A DNA stretch of 26,037 nucleotides from Octopus sinensis (GCF_006345805.1 NW_021835675.1:1-26037); one strand, 5' to 3'. Positions 11,096-22,071 are shown, counted from the first letter of the stretch. A program made the numbers and translations. The notes: generated from the sequence alone by a model not told the origin.

Positions 11096-11531
11096 AACAA
11101 GTAGGTAAAAAAAAGGAACTAACGAGGGAGCGTCTGTTCAACCGCAACAACTGTTAGAAATTGTTGCCAAACCTCCCTCAAATGACAGATCCTATTATTT
11201 TAAATATATAATACGTTACATAATATAGCCTACACCGCTTAAAAGACGGCAGGTTCACGACTGCAAAAAATAAACAAAACTTACTAAACAGTAAAATCTG
11301 AAACGTGTGCAACGTAAATAAGTTTGAAGTATTTATTTGAAAGCCTTAAATGAGGAGGCTGAGATCATGTGAAAACATCCTTTCGTTTGTTTATGGAAAA
11401 AGATAAAGGAGGATCAATCTTCTTATAAAAGGGTTCCATGTTCATTTTAAAGTAAGATATACCATAGTTCTTTGGTTAAACAGAAAACTTACGATCGGAC
11501 TGGCTTTAAATAGCAGCAAATTATCATGATA

Positions 11532-11579
<48 letters not shown>

Positions 11580-11580
11580 T

Positions 11581-11930
11581 GAAAGAATGGAGCTGAACGA
11601 CGAATTAACAAAATTCCTTTATTTTCGACATATGTTTCGAAGGCTGCATATTCCTAATTGCGAAGGAATAAGGAGTACATTATGCCGCTTTCTCATCAGG
11701 AAAAGCAAGGAACTTATGTCAACATCAAAATGCACAAAAAACTTTCAGATGATTGCTCATTCTTTCATATATTTATATTTTCAAAATAAACATACAAATT
11801 TCCACACGAAAGCACGTAATCTATGCCCTAGGCACGTAACTTCAACCGTGTTTTTTCTGATGTGAATTTGTTACCCAGGTATCAGTTAATTCGAATTATC
11901 CTTAATAAGATAATTCATTCAACTACTCAA
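11581..11930 (-). mobile_element. Short non-coding hammerhead-bearing element between (TA)n tracts; probable Penelope-like pLTR/non-autonomous remnant
   Basis: Bounded by (TA)n at 11528-11580 and 11931-11963 and contains the canonical hammerhead. The PLE link is inference from the known PLE-hammerhead association. Confidence 0.55.
11622..11704 (-). ncRNA. Type I hammerhead ribozyme, canonical core
   Basis: Minus strand: UUUUC-CUGAUGA-GAAAGCGGCAUA..UAUGCAGCCUUC-GAA-ACAUAUGU-C-GAAAA. Stem I 5/5 bp, stem II 10/12 bp, palindromic stem III, GUC cleavage triplet (predicted cut between 11627 and 11626). Confidence 0.85.
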
Positions 11931-11963
11931 ATATATATATATTATATATATATATATATATAT

Positions 11964-12312
11964 CTGTGAGGGCCTCAGTTCAAATCGCACGTGTCGCAAA
12001 TGGGCTGGAGAATTTCTGTTTTGGATGTATTTGGGGTACTTAATTGTGCTCATGACGTAGTGTTTGCTTCTTTCATGTGTATGAGTAAGTATCTCATTTA
12101 TTTCTTTGCCAAATTTATCACTGACGAAGGGAGGGTTCTAACGAACTAACCCTGGAATCGGTCCGATATGGTAATAATGGAATTTTTTAGAGATTTATGT
12201 TGCCTTTTTTTGAGTAGCGTGCGTATTGTGAAAAATTATATGGTTATGGACAGGGTGTCTAATTTCGGCATATTTGGCATTAGAAATTTTTTCGTTTGCC
12301 CTTATTTATAAG
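11964..12312 (+). mobile_element. Second short non-coding hammerhead-bearing element between (TA)n tracts (different sequence family)
   Basis: (TA)n on both sides; contains a near-canonical hammerhead at 12115-12174. Confidence 0.45.
12115..12174 (+). ncRNA. Type I hammerhead ribozyme motif, degenerate (GGAA in place of GAAA)
   Basis: UUAUCA-CUGACGA-AGGGAGGGUUC(UAAC)GAACUAACCCU-GGA-AUCGGUCCGAU-A-UGGUAA; stems I, II and III can all pair. Confidence 0.65.
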
Positions 12313-12325
12313 TTATATATATATA

Positions 12326-15015
12326 CTTAGATAAACTTAGACTTAGATATGTTTCGACCAAAGATTGGTCCAGGCCATGTCTAACTTAATAGCACCACCT
12401 GATAGGATTATTCGAATCCTGTTTAAGGCAAGTTTTGTTTAAGCCAAGTTTTGTTCAAGTAGTGAGTTCTTGTTGGGTGAGTTGTATCCAATTATGGGTG
12501 GCTTATCTGGTATTCTTTGAAGAAATCTATCCAGACTCCGTTTAAAGTTGATGGGATCCTTTTCCTCTTTGATCTCCCTCGGGACAATGTTAAATAGGGC
12601 AGGGCCTGTTGAGGAAAAGAAATTATGTTGCAGTGTACATGTATGTTGTGATCTTGAATTGGGCAGGGGTCGTATGGCCCGTGGTCCCAGTCTTGAATGA
12701 ACCTTGAAGCTAATGTTAAGGTCGTTTAGGCAAAGTTGGCGGTATATTCTCTACATCGTACAAATGATGTACCGCTCACGGCGACGCTGGAGGGAGTAAA
12801 GTTTCATGGCTTTAAGGCGATCCCAATAATCGAGAGCGGCCATGCCTTCAATTTGTTTAGTGAGTGCCCTCTGGGGATACTCAATTCTGGAGATGTTTTG
12901 TCTTGTATGGGGAGACCACAGTGGGCAGCAGTATTCAAGGTGTGGCCGTACAAGGGAGGAAAAAAGTGGTATGATGACACCTTGTTCTCTGGACAGGAAA
13001 GTTCTTTAGATCCAGGAACTCATCCTACGAGCTATATCGACCTTCTTGTTGATGTGTGCACTCCAACTGAGATCGTCATCAACAATTACACCCAGGTCTC
13101 TGATATTGTTAGAGGCTGTGAGCGGTTTCCCTGAAGGAAGAGAGTATGGTTGTTTTAGTGAGGAATTTCTTCCAAAATGCATCAGCTCAAATTTTCCCTC
13201 ATTCAGTTGCATTTTGTTTCTGTCTGTCCATTGACTCACGCCATATAGATCAGACTGGAGTTGAGTTCGGTCTGCTTCTTCATTGACGATTTGCTGGAGC
13301 TTAGTGTCATCAGCAAATATTTTCACTTTGCAGTAATGTACGACACTGGAAAGATCGTTTATGTAAATTATGAAGAGTAGCAGACCCAAAACAGTCCCCT
13401 GGGGAACACCGCTGGTGACTTTTGCTGGGCTTGAGTGGACTCCATCAACTACAAAATGTTGTGTTCTATTCGCCAGGAAATACTTAATCCAGTGTAGAAC
13501 TTTTCCACGGATTCCAACATTTGCCAATTTTGAGAGTAGGATATTATGGTCTACCCTGTCGAACGCTTTACTGAAGTCAAGATATATGACGTCAGAGTTC
13601 GAACCTGTTCCCAAGGCTTTGAGTACATCTTCAATGTGGTGTAAGAGCTGTGTTAGACAGTCCCTGCCACAGCGAAAGCCATGCTGATTTGCATTTAGGA
13701 GTTTGTGAGTCTCCAGGAAGTCAGCTATCCTTGATCTTAACACTCTTTCAAACACTTTAATGATGTGGGAGGTGAGTGAGATTGGGCGATAGTTGACTGC
13801 GAGGGATCTGTTTCCCTGTTTGAAAACCGGGATGACCGACTGGGATAGAAACTGTTTCGGTATATAACCTGCGTCTAACGAATTTCTCCAGAGGTTGGTC
13901 AGAGGGACTGCAAGTTGGTGTCCACATTCCTTCAGGAGACTAGCGGGGAATCTATCAGGGCCTACAGCAGAGTAATATTTTACCTCATTTATTGCTGCTA
14001 CGATGTCAGTGGCAGTGAAGGTTATGTCTGAGATTTTATGTTGGGAGTCAACTTCGTTCGTTTCTCTTCAGTGGGAACACTGAAGACAGAGCAGTATTGT
14101 TTCTGCAGTATTTCTGCCATTTCTTTAGCATCGTGTTGGGGAATGCCGTTATCATCAATCAATGGCCCAATAGGTGAGACAGTCGTTCTATGCTTATTTG
14201 CATGAGAATAGAACACTTTTGGGTTCTGTTTGATGTTTTTGATTACCTACTGTTCCTCCTCAGCTCTTTGATTTTCAATGGAGGTTTTCATGTTGGTCTG
14301 CAGATGAAGTTTTTCCATCTCTAGTCTTTCATTGTTGTTGAATGTGGATGTTGTGTGTGGGAATATTTCAATTGGTTGATTTTTTTGTTGAGTCTTTTGA
14401 TGCGCCTGATGAGTGTTTTTTTTCTTTTTAGGGAGCCGGTTTCTGTTTGTGTTAGTAGATTTCGTGGGAGCGTGTTTAGAGCATGTATAGGTGACAATGG
14501 TTTCAAAGTGCTGCCACGCGGTCTCAATATGAGAGGAATTGAGAGTAAAAGACCAGTCGATGGAAGACAGATACTTTCTGATTGCTCCCCAGTCCGCATT
14601 GTGGAAGTTTATGTTGTCAAATGGGTGCCATGGAGTGGGATTGGCTGGTTTGGTTTGTATATGTCGGGAATTAAAATTGCAGAGTACCATGTCGTGGTCT
14701 GAGAGGAGAGTTTTTTCGACTGAAATTCTGTGAACGTAGCTAGGGTGATTGGTCAATACCAGATCCAAGATCGTTTTATTCTGTCTCGTTGGTTCAAGCA
14801 CTAGCTGAGTCAGGAAATACTCATCCATTAGATTAAAGAGCAGTTCTGCTGCTGCTCTATCTGATGTAGAGCACTTGCCTAACTTCAGAGTATTTGTGGG
14901 CCAGTTCACATGAGGGAGGTTAAAATCACCCATCACTAGTATGTTTCCGGAGTGGTACTTCCGAAGGAAGGACTTGACTTTGCTAAGGCACTCTTCAAAG
15001 TACTTTAGAGGTGCC
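12326..15015 (-). mobile_element. 5'-truncated CR1-clade LINE (C-terminal part of APE endonuclease, complete RT, 3' UTR with stem-loop and (CTAAG)-type tail)
   Basis: VMGDFNLPHVNW, ILDLVLTN, SDHD; NYRPISLTS, QHGFR, YLDFSKAFDRV, GVPQGTVLG, FADDTKL, LVRPHLEYC; 3' end gacc-aatcttt-ggtc then tctaagtctaagtttatctaag; (TA)n at both ends. Confidence 0.92.
13006..14025 (-). pseudogene. CR1 ORF2 reverse-transcriptase segment (open stretch within a disrupted ORF2)
   Basis: Provided ORF 13006-13755 extends upstream in frame through GPDRFP..NYRPISLTSHIIKV; frameshifts near 13005, ~14030 and ~14250-14330; in-frame stop at 12751-12753. Confidence 0.85.
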
Positions 15016-15017
15016 TA

Positions 15018-15185
15018 TATATACTATATATATTATATATTATATATATATATATATATATATCATGATATATGTATATATGTATATATGTATATATATA
15101 TATATATAATATATATATACACATATATATATATATATAATATACATACATATAACATATATATAATATATATATATATATATAC
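15018..15185. repeat. (AT)n
   Basis: Direct observation. Confidence 0.95.
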
Positions 15186-15737
15186 ATTTCAACAATTGAG
15201 GGTAAAATTAATTAATTAATCAATTTCACCAAGTATTCAGTATGCAAAGGGACCATTTAAGGCGAATTCAAATTATTACATTATATAAAAGGGTTTAGTA
15301 AAAAAATTACTTTGCCGCATACTGAACTCATTAGAAATAGCAGCTAAAAAACTTTTTAAAAACTATTTCTAATACTTAAAGAAAACCTCTCTCATATAGT
15401 GTTTGCTCAATTCAACACACGAAAGTATGGGGGTATAGACATTAAAAAATCAAATGCAAAGGTTATTTGAGAACGTACGTTTCAAGATTAGTCAAACTCG
15501 ACATTTCTATCATCAGCTCAGAACTCCTGGTTTGGATTTGAAAACACTGAAAGTGGGAGCATACCCTTTCGGCTTCTTATCGCTTCTGAAGATCTGCTCG
15601 GAACTAACAGTCCAACAACTCAAAAATGAAAGCGAAGAATTTCTGCTCTCCCCTTCCACCAGCGTGGGTTAAAATCAGTAAACACTATGCTTTTTTCGGT
15701 AAAATCCGAGGCATTATATAGAGAGAGATGAATTATA
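15186..15737 (+). repeat. 552-bp unit, copy 1 (tandem duplication)
   Basis: atttcaacaattgagggtaaaattaatt starts at 15186 and again at 15738. Confidence 0.92.
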
Positions 15738-16222
15738 ATTTCAACAATTGAGGGTAAAATTAATTAATTAATCAATTTCACCAAGTATTCAGTATGCAAA
15801 GGGACCATTTAAGGCGAATTCAAATTATTACATTATATAAAAGGGCTTAGTAAAATAAATTACTTTGCCGCATACTGAACTCATTAGAAATAGCAGCTAA
15901 AAAAACTTTTTTAAAACTATTTCTAATACTTAAAGAAAACCTCTCTCATATAGTGTTTGCTCAATTCAACACACGAAAGTATGGGGGTATAGACATTAAA
16001 AAATCAAATGCAAAGGTTATTTGAGAACGTACGTTTCAAGATTAGTCAAACTCGACATTTCTATCATCAGCTCAGAACTCCCTGGTTTGGATTTGAAAAC
16101 ACTGAAAGTGGGAGCATACCCTTTCGGCTTCTTATCGCTTCTGAAGATCTGCTCGGAACTAACAGTGCCAACAAACTCAAAAATGCAAGCGAAGAATTTC
16201 TGCTCTCCCCTTTCCACCAGCG
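15738..16222 (+). repeat. 552-bp unit, copy 2 (truncated at the fold-back point)
   Basis: Near-identical to copy 1 up to ccaccagcg (16222); differences are mostly 1-nt indels. Confidence 0.92.
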
Positions 16223-16635
16223 AAAAAAGCATAGTGTTACTGATTTTAACCCACGCTGGTGGAAAGGGGAGAGCAGAAATTCTTCGCTTGCATTTTTGAG
16301 TTTGTTGGCACTGTTAGTTCCGAGCAGATCTTCAGAAGCGATAAGAAGCGAAAGGGTAGCCCCCACTGTCAGTGTTTTCAAATCCAAACCAGGGAGTTCT
16401 GAGCTGATGATACAGAAATGTCGAGTTTGACTAATCTTGAAACGTACGTTCTCAAATAACCTTTGCATGTGTTTTAATGTCTATACCCATACTTTCGTGT
16501 GTTGAATTGAGCAAAACTATATGAGAGAGGTTTTCTTTAAGTTAGAAATAGTTTTAAAAAAGTTTTTTAGCTGCTATTTCTAATGAGTTCAGTATACGGC
16601 AAAGTAATTTATTTTACTAAGCCCTTTTATATAAT
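16223..16635 (-). repeat. Inverted copy of the same unit (fold-back arm)
   Basis: 16254-16635 is the reverse complement of ~15831-16222; the 31-nt spacer is the reverse complement of the unit's continuation seen only in copy 1 (15665-15696). Confidence 0.92.
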
Positions 16636-17343
16636 ATATATATATAATATATTTACTTCTAATATAAGGATTAAATTTGTCAAAAAAAATTATTTGTGGC
16701 CAGCATATTAAATACCGTGAAAATAACACAATTACAAATAAGAGCAAAAGAAATACACACACACACACACAGAGGAAGTCGTGGGTGAAGAGACAAGACA
16801 ATTTATAAGTCATACATCTATTCATAAAACAATACCCAAATAACTGAGACGAAGAAACACAAAAACCACTCAGAAAAACACGTATGACGGCGTTGACCTT
16901 GGCTCCTTGTCACCTTCGTAGCCTTATATGGACAGGTGGTCAGTACTGATGGGGCATTTGGTGATATGTCGTCGGGTAAAGGTTTCAAACTCTATGTAAA
17001 TTATTATGGTTTCTGAAGATCACAAACTAGTTCCTGAGTTCTACCTTTCAGTGGGTGCCAAGGTAAAATCGTTATAATAGGTCGCTCAGGGCAGAAAGGT
17101 CGGCTTCTACGCTAATAGTAGCGAGGGTCATTTAAAAGCTTTCTACTGGAAAATCCAAAATAACAGCGACAGCAATAAATCTCGGCTCTAGATGGATCGA
17201 AGGAGATCATCTCGTCTTCAATTCCAGGAACCCATAAGAAGACCGAAGTAATTGATAAGATTATGCCAGTCAAGCTTATGGTAGCTACCCACCCCTACGA
17301 TTTCTGCTGTCATATCTATGCTAGACATTATAACACTAGCCCA

Positions 17344-17400
17344 GGCGGCGAACTGGCAGAATCCGTAAAGCTTTGGACAAAATGCCTGGCGGTGTTTCTT
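17344..17400 (+). mobile_element. SINE family A head fragment
   Basis: ggcggcgaactggcagaatccgtaaagc..aaaatgcctggcggtgtttc. Confidence 0.6.
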
Positions 17401-17479
17401 CCTACTCATTACTTCGAATACCTCTGAGATTAAACTTGGCCTTCTCCCAAAATTTCGAGAATTAAAAACGCGAATTGAT

Positions 17480-17610
17480 TTGTGGAGTCATTAGAGCGGC
17501 AGACAAAATACCTTGCAGTATTTGTTCTGTCGCTTAACGTTCTGAGTTCAAATTCTGTCGAGATCAGCTTTGCCTTTCATTCTTCTAGGATCGATAAAAT
17601 CAAGTGTGCC
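17480..17610 (+). mobile_element. Decayed SINE family A
   Basis: acgttctgagttcaaattctgtcgagatcagctttgcctttcattc..tcgataaaat. Confidence 0.75.
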
Positions 17611-17650
17611 AGCCAGATAATTCTCTCTCATTACAAATGCCACAATAAAA

Positions 17651-17922
17651 TACTCTCTTACTCTTTAGTCTTTTACTTGTTTCAGTCATTTGACTGTGGC
17701 CATGCTGGAGCACCACCTTTATAGTCGAGCAAACCGACCCCAGGACTTATTCTTATGTAAGCCCAGTACTTATTCTATCGGTCTCTTTTACCGAACCGCT
17801 AAGTTACGGGGACGTAAACACACCAGCATCGGTTGTCAAGCGATGTTGGGGGGACAAACACAGACACACAAACATATACACATACACATACATACATATA
17901 TATATATAATATATATATATAT

Positions 17923-17956
<34 letters not shown>

Positions 17957-18142
17957 ATAATATATATATATATACATATATACGACGGGCTTCTTTCAGT
18001 TTCCGTCTACCAAATCCACTCACAAGGCTTTGGTCGGCCCGAGGCTATAGTAGAAGACACTTGCCCAAGGTGCCACGCAGTGGGACTGAACCCGAAAGCA
18101 TGTGGTTCGTAAGCAAGCTACTAACCACACAGCCACTCCTAC
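17651..18142 (-). mobile_element. SINE family B, full length with internal (TA)n
   Basis: Reverse complement gtaggagtggctgtgtgg (A box)..gggttcagtccc (B box)..caccttgggcaagtgtc..; tail gaaacaagtaaaagactaaagagtaagagagta. Confidence 0.92.
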
Positions 18143-18390
18143 TGTAGCAATGAAGTATTGTTCCCCTTCTGCACTGTACCTGGCCTTGCCCTTATGCTAA
18201 ACAGTATAATTATAATATCGTTGCCTTCGTGATCCTTCGTCCCAGTTATTATAGGGTTACTTTATGGACAGGAGCATGACGCGTGACACACACACTCAGC
18301 TTATCTCTTCGCTCCACCCTCAATTTTAAAATCAACGCATATAGTGTCATGTTGCAAATGTTATCACGGCATTGTACTTTTACTTAACAA

Positions 18391-18401
18391 GTAGCAGCAG
18401 C

Positions 18402-18460
<59 letters not shown>

Positions 18461-18559
18461 CAGCAGCAGCAGCAGCAGTAGTAGCAGTAGTAGTAGTAGT
18501 AGTAGTAGTAGTTAGTAGTAGTAGTAGTAGTAGTAGCAGCAGCAGCAGTAGTGGTAATA

Positions 18560-18594
<35 letters not shown>

Positions 18595-18610
18595 GGCAAA
18601 CAGCAGCAGT
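18391..18610. repeat. (AGT)n/(AGC)n compound microsatellite
   Basis: Direct observation. Confidence 0.95.
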
Positions 18611-19064
18611 TATTACTAAGGAAAAGAAAAAAAAATTTAAATGTCAGCCATTATTGTCCCATTTTGAGTAAGTTCAGTTTCTCCGTTGAATGGTCTGAAA
18701 GAGGTTTGTATAGAATCCTAAACAGATAGAAAACAGGAATTTCTTTCATTACCAGAGATATTTCTATTCCTCTCGTGACACATAATTAGTAAAAGTCTAT
18801 CAAACATGGCGGTATCTCACTATACTTTCCTTTTATTTTCTAGCGTTGCTGTTTGTAATTTCTTTATTCCTTGCTGCGTTTCTTTTTTTTCTCTAAGTTC
18901 TTTTATTTTCCATTTCTAATAATTTTAATAAAATCTATCCCCAATTGACATTATTTCATGTTTTAAATGACTATTTAGTTATCTCTCGTCGAATTTTCTT
19001 TCTTTTATTTCTGTTTCTAAGTAGTTATGAATCTACTGACTATTTCTATAGTAATATGCACGTG

Positions 19065-19380
19065 TATATACACAATATATATGTATGTATGTATGTCTAT
19101 ATATATATATATAAATAATATATAATATATACACATATATATATATATATATGAAATATATAATATATAATACATATACACATAAATACATACATATATG
19201 TATATATATATATACATATATAGATGCATATGTATGTGAGTACTATTTGTGTGTGTGTGTGTGATTTCATTAGGAAGTAAATTAATGCAATAAACTTATT
19301 CTCTCACTTTAGTCTCCTTGGTTATATATATATACATATACACACACACACACACACACATACACACACATATATATATA

Positions 19381-19426
<46 letters not shown>

Positions 19427-19512
19427 ATATATACACATATATATATATATAATATATATACATATACACACACACACACATATATATATATACATGCATA
19501 TATATATACATA

Positions 19513-19546
<34 letters not shown>

Positions 19547-19599
19547 GTACATATATATATATATATATAATACTCACACATATATATATATATACATGC

Positions 19600-19677
<78 letters not shown>

Positions 19678-19700
19678 TATGTGTGTGTGTGCATTTTTGT
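19065..19700. repeat. (AT)n/(AC)n/(GT)n compound microsatellite cluster
   Basis: Direct observation; short unique spacer at ~19263-19322. Confidence 0.9.
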
Positions 19701-20069
19701 GTCTGCATTGTTTATGTACGTGTGTGCTTGTTTGCATTGGCATCTAATCATCTCACCATACAACCATTCTTGCATTGATACCTACTTCTGTCTCTGTACG
19801 CATGTTTCTGTCAACTTACCTAAGTATTGTCTTTCTCTCTCTCTGTTTCTCTCTCTCTCCCTCTATCTCTCTATATGTCTATCTGTTTGTCTATCAATGC
19901 ACACACACAAAGAAGAAAACAACACATTCATACGCACATACACGCAAAATGTTGTGATATACACAAACTGGTAATGTTAAATCAACCAATGAACGCTGTA
20001 CAATTCCTGCCAGATGTTGAGGTTAGGCTTTAACTGTTTAGTGCACTTTCTTAAGAAATAGAATAAAAC

Positions 20070-20112
<43 letters not shown>

Positions 20113-20128
20113 GTAATTCATTGCAATG

Positions 20129-20323
20129 AAGGCACAAGGCCGAACATTTTGGGAAACTAATGAAGTCGATCACATAGACTCCAAAACCTAACTGGTACTT
20201 ATTTAATCGACCCCGAAAAGATGAACGGCAAAGTCGACTTCGGCGGACTCAGAACGTAGCGATAGACGAAATACTGCTAAGCATTTCGCCCGGCGTGCTA
20301 ACGATTCTGCCACCTCACGGCCT
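20129..20323 (-). mobile_element. SINE family A with (TTA)n tail (20069-20110)
   Basis: Reverse complement gtggcagaatcgttagcacgccgggcgaaatgcttagcagtatttcgtc..gtcgactttgccgttcatc..gggtcgattaaataagtaccag. Confidence 0.88.
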
Positions 20324-20340
20324 TTAATAGTAATAGTGAT

Positions 20341-20716
20341 AACAAGAGCACTCAGAGAGCGCAAACTTCCACCACATCAACACCAACGTCCTCTCAACGA
20401 TCAGCCAGAGATGATTTTTAAAATGAGAATATCTGAAATAAAATCAACTAATCTCTCAAGCGAAAATACAAAAAATCAACCCGACCACTCTTAAAAATGA
20501 AGTAAAAAACCAGGAAAAGTAATCTAGAATCGTTGTCCGGTGCCGGATCGATCCCCAAATCTAATCAGAGCTTGCCAGTCACGAGCCCAAACATCCATGA
20601 AAGTTTCGTCCAAATGCATCCAACAGTTCTTGAGATATTTTGTCCACGGACTAACAAACAGACTAGGAAACACGACTGAAAACAATAACCCCGCCTTCGC
20701 TAAGGCGAAGGAAATA
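20341..20716 (+). mobile_element. Non-autonomous Helentron/HINE-like element (inferred)
   Basis: Non-coding; short aaca/caga repeats near the 3' end; perfect terminal hairpin ccttcgc-taag-gcgaagg (20694-20711). The class call is inference. Confidence 0.45.
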
Positions 20717-20717
20717 A

Positions 20718-21250
20718 TACAGGCAATGGTTGTCATGGCTTCTGATCTTAATGATTGGAAGTGTTATCATGTACACTGTTTTGTCTTGATATAAAAGATG
20801 GTCTACAGCAAATATTCTGCTCAATATTACAGATTTGCTTGTCAGATGTTTCACCTCAACCAGTTGAGCATGTCCTCAGGTGGATGACAATATATGCATC
20901 CCTGATCATGAGCAAAAGTAGAGAAGGAGCAGCATTGCCATGTGTTGAGAGATATTCTTTGGGGTTTAAATAATACACCCCTGGAAACAGTGGTGTTTCC
21001 TTCAACATATTTAAACAACCTTTATTGAGGGACCTTTTGAATGGAATGGGTTACTCGACCTGAAGAAAATTCTAAGTGGTTCCCACTTGCAAGGCCATGC
21101 GCTGTTTACCTTAATATGTGATCATCATGTCATGCACATACAGTTGTGATGCATGTGCCAGGTGTATGCTTATCCGACGGGTAGCCATGATGGGTATATT
21201 GGGCTTCGTATCCCAGTGTCAATTTGATGGCATGCGCTACTCCCTCACTC
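20718..21250. mobile_element. ~530-bp unclassified interspersed repeat, copy 2
   Basis: Diverged colinear homologue of 2503-3030 in the same orientation, followed by (AAT)n. Confidence 0.85.
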
Positions 21251-21285
21251 AATAATAATAATAATAATAATAATGATAATAATAA

Positions 21286-21334
<49 letters not shown>

Positions 21335-21342
21335 TTAATAAT

Positions 21343-21620
21343 AATACCAGGAAACCCCAAAATGGCAGAAATTTAAAAGATAGTGCTCATAGGAACTGCT
21401 CATATCCTACGCAAAATACATTCTATGTAATCTCAAGTTTTAAAATAAACATAATTTTCGTATGTTTTTTAGGTATTCACTAGTACAACACTAAGTACAA
21501 AACCAAATATATGGCACCCTAGGCATAACACCAACATGAACTTCCAACTTGTTATCTCTTGAGGTCTCTGGGTGAGACTTGGAGCCAGCTTGTGCAAATG
21601 TAAAGCAAAAGTCAAACATA

Positions 21621-21621
<1 letters not shown>
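21343..21621 (+). mobile_element. R4/Dong-type 3' fragment, family 4
   Basis: IPGNPKMAEI*KIVLIGTAHILRKIHSM* plus 3' UTR; (AAT)n at 21251-21342 and 21622-21791. Confidence 0.8.
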
Positions 21622-21670
<49 letters not shown>

Positions 21671-21679
21671 TAATAATAA

Positions 21680-21775
<96 letters not shown>

Positions 21776-21791
21776 TAATAATAATAATAAT

Positions 21792-22021
21792 ATGGGTCCT
21801 TGTGAACAATATCAGAAGACGTTAAGCGGAATAAAAAGGAAATCGGAATAGTGTGTCCAGTAGAACAGTTACAAAAGTTTTGCCTCCTTGGCACGGCCAG
21901 AATAATCAGGAAAGTATTAGATTGAAAAGAACGAAGAGCATAGTACCGTAGGCTGCAGAGAGTAAGCCCGCTACGCATGCAAGACTCCAGGAGCTCCAAC
22001 AAAACCTGTGATAAAAAGGAA
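21792..22021 (+). mobile_element. R4/Dong-type 3' fragment, family 5
   Basis: GSL*TIS..EQLQKFCLLGTARIIRKVLD* plus 3' UTR; (AAT/AAC)n at 22022-22151. Confidence 0.8.
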
Positions 22022-22071
22022 ATAATCATAGTAATCATAATAATAATAACAACAACAACAACAACAACAGC

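Noticed and set aside
11587-11865. 92-aa ORF MELNDELTK...
   Set aside because: No recognisable motif; better explained as the antisense of the hammerhead-bearing element
12349-12376. Minus-strand ctg-GACC..GGTC-GAAAC at the CR1 3' end, resembling half a hammerhead
   Set aside because: Lacks the ANGA of the core; adequately explained as the CR1 3' stem-loop
12736-13134. 132-aa + strand ORF (also 13370-13687 and 14355-14702)
   Set aside because: Antisense shadows of the CR1 ORF2
16395-16430. CTGATGA..GAAATGTC hammerhead-like words in the 552-bp unit (also 15498-15518 on the minus strand)
   Set aside because: No stem II and no stem I complementarity (gag/gag)
15454-16468. Mutually similar ORFs (MQRLFENVRFK...) on both strands
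   Set aside because: They arise from the duplicated and inverted 552-bp unit; frames differ between copies and no domain was recognised
17035-17070. tttcag|tgggtgccaag|gtaaaa possible 11-nt microexon
   Set aside because: Weak signals and no independent support
18801-18920. caaacATGGCG with a short hydrophobic 37-codon ORF
   Set aside because: The hydrophobicity comes from a T-rich tract; no promoter or homology evidence
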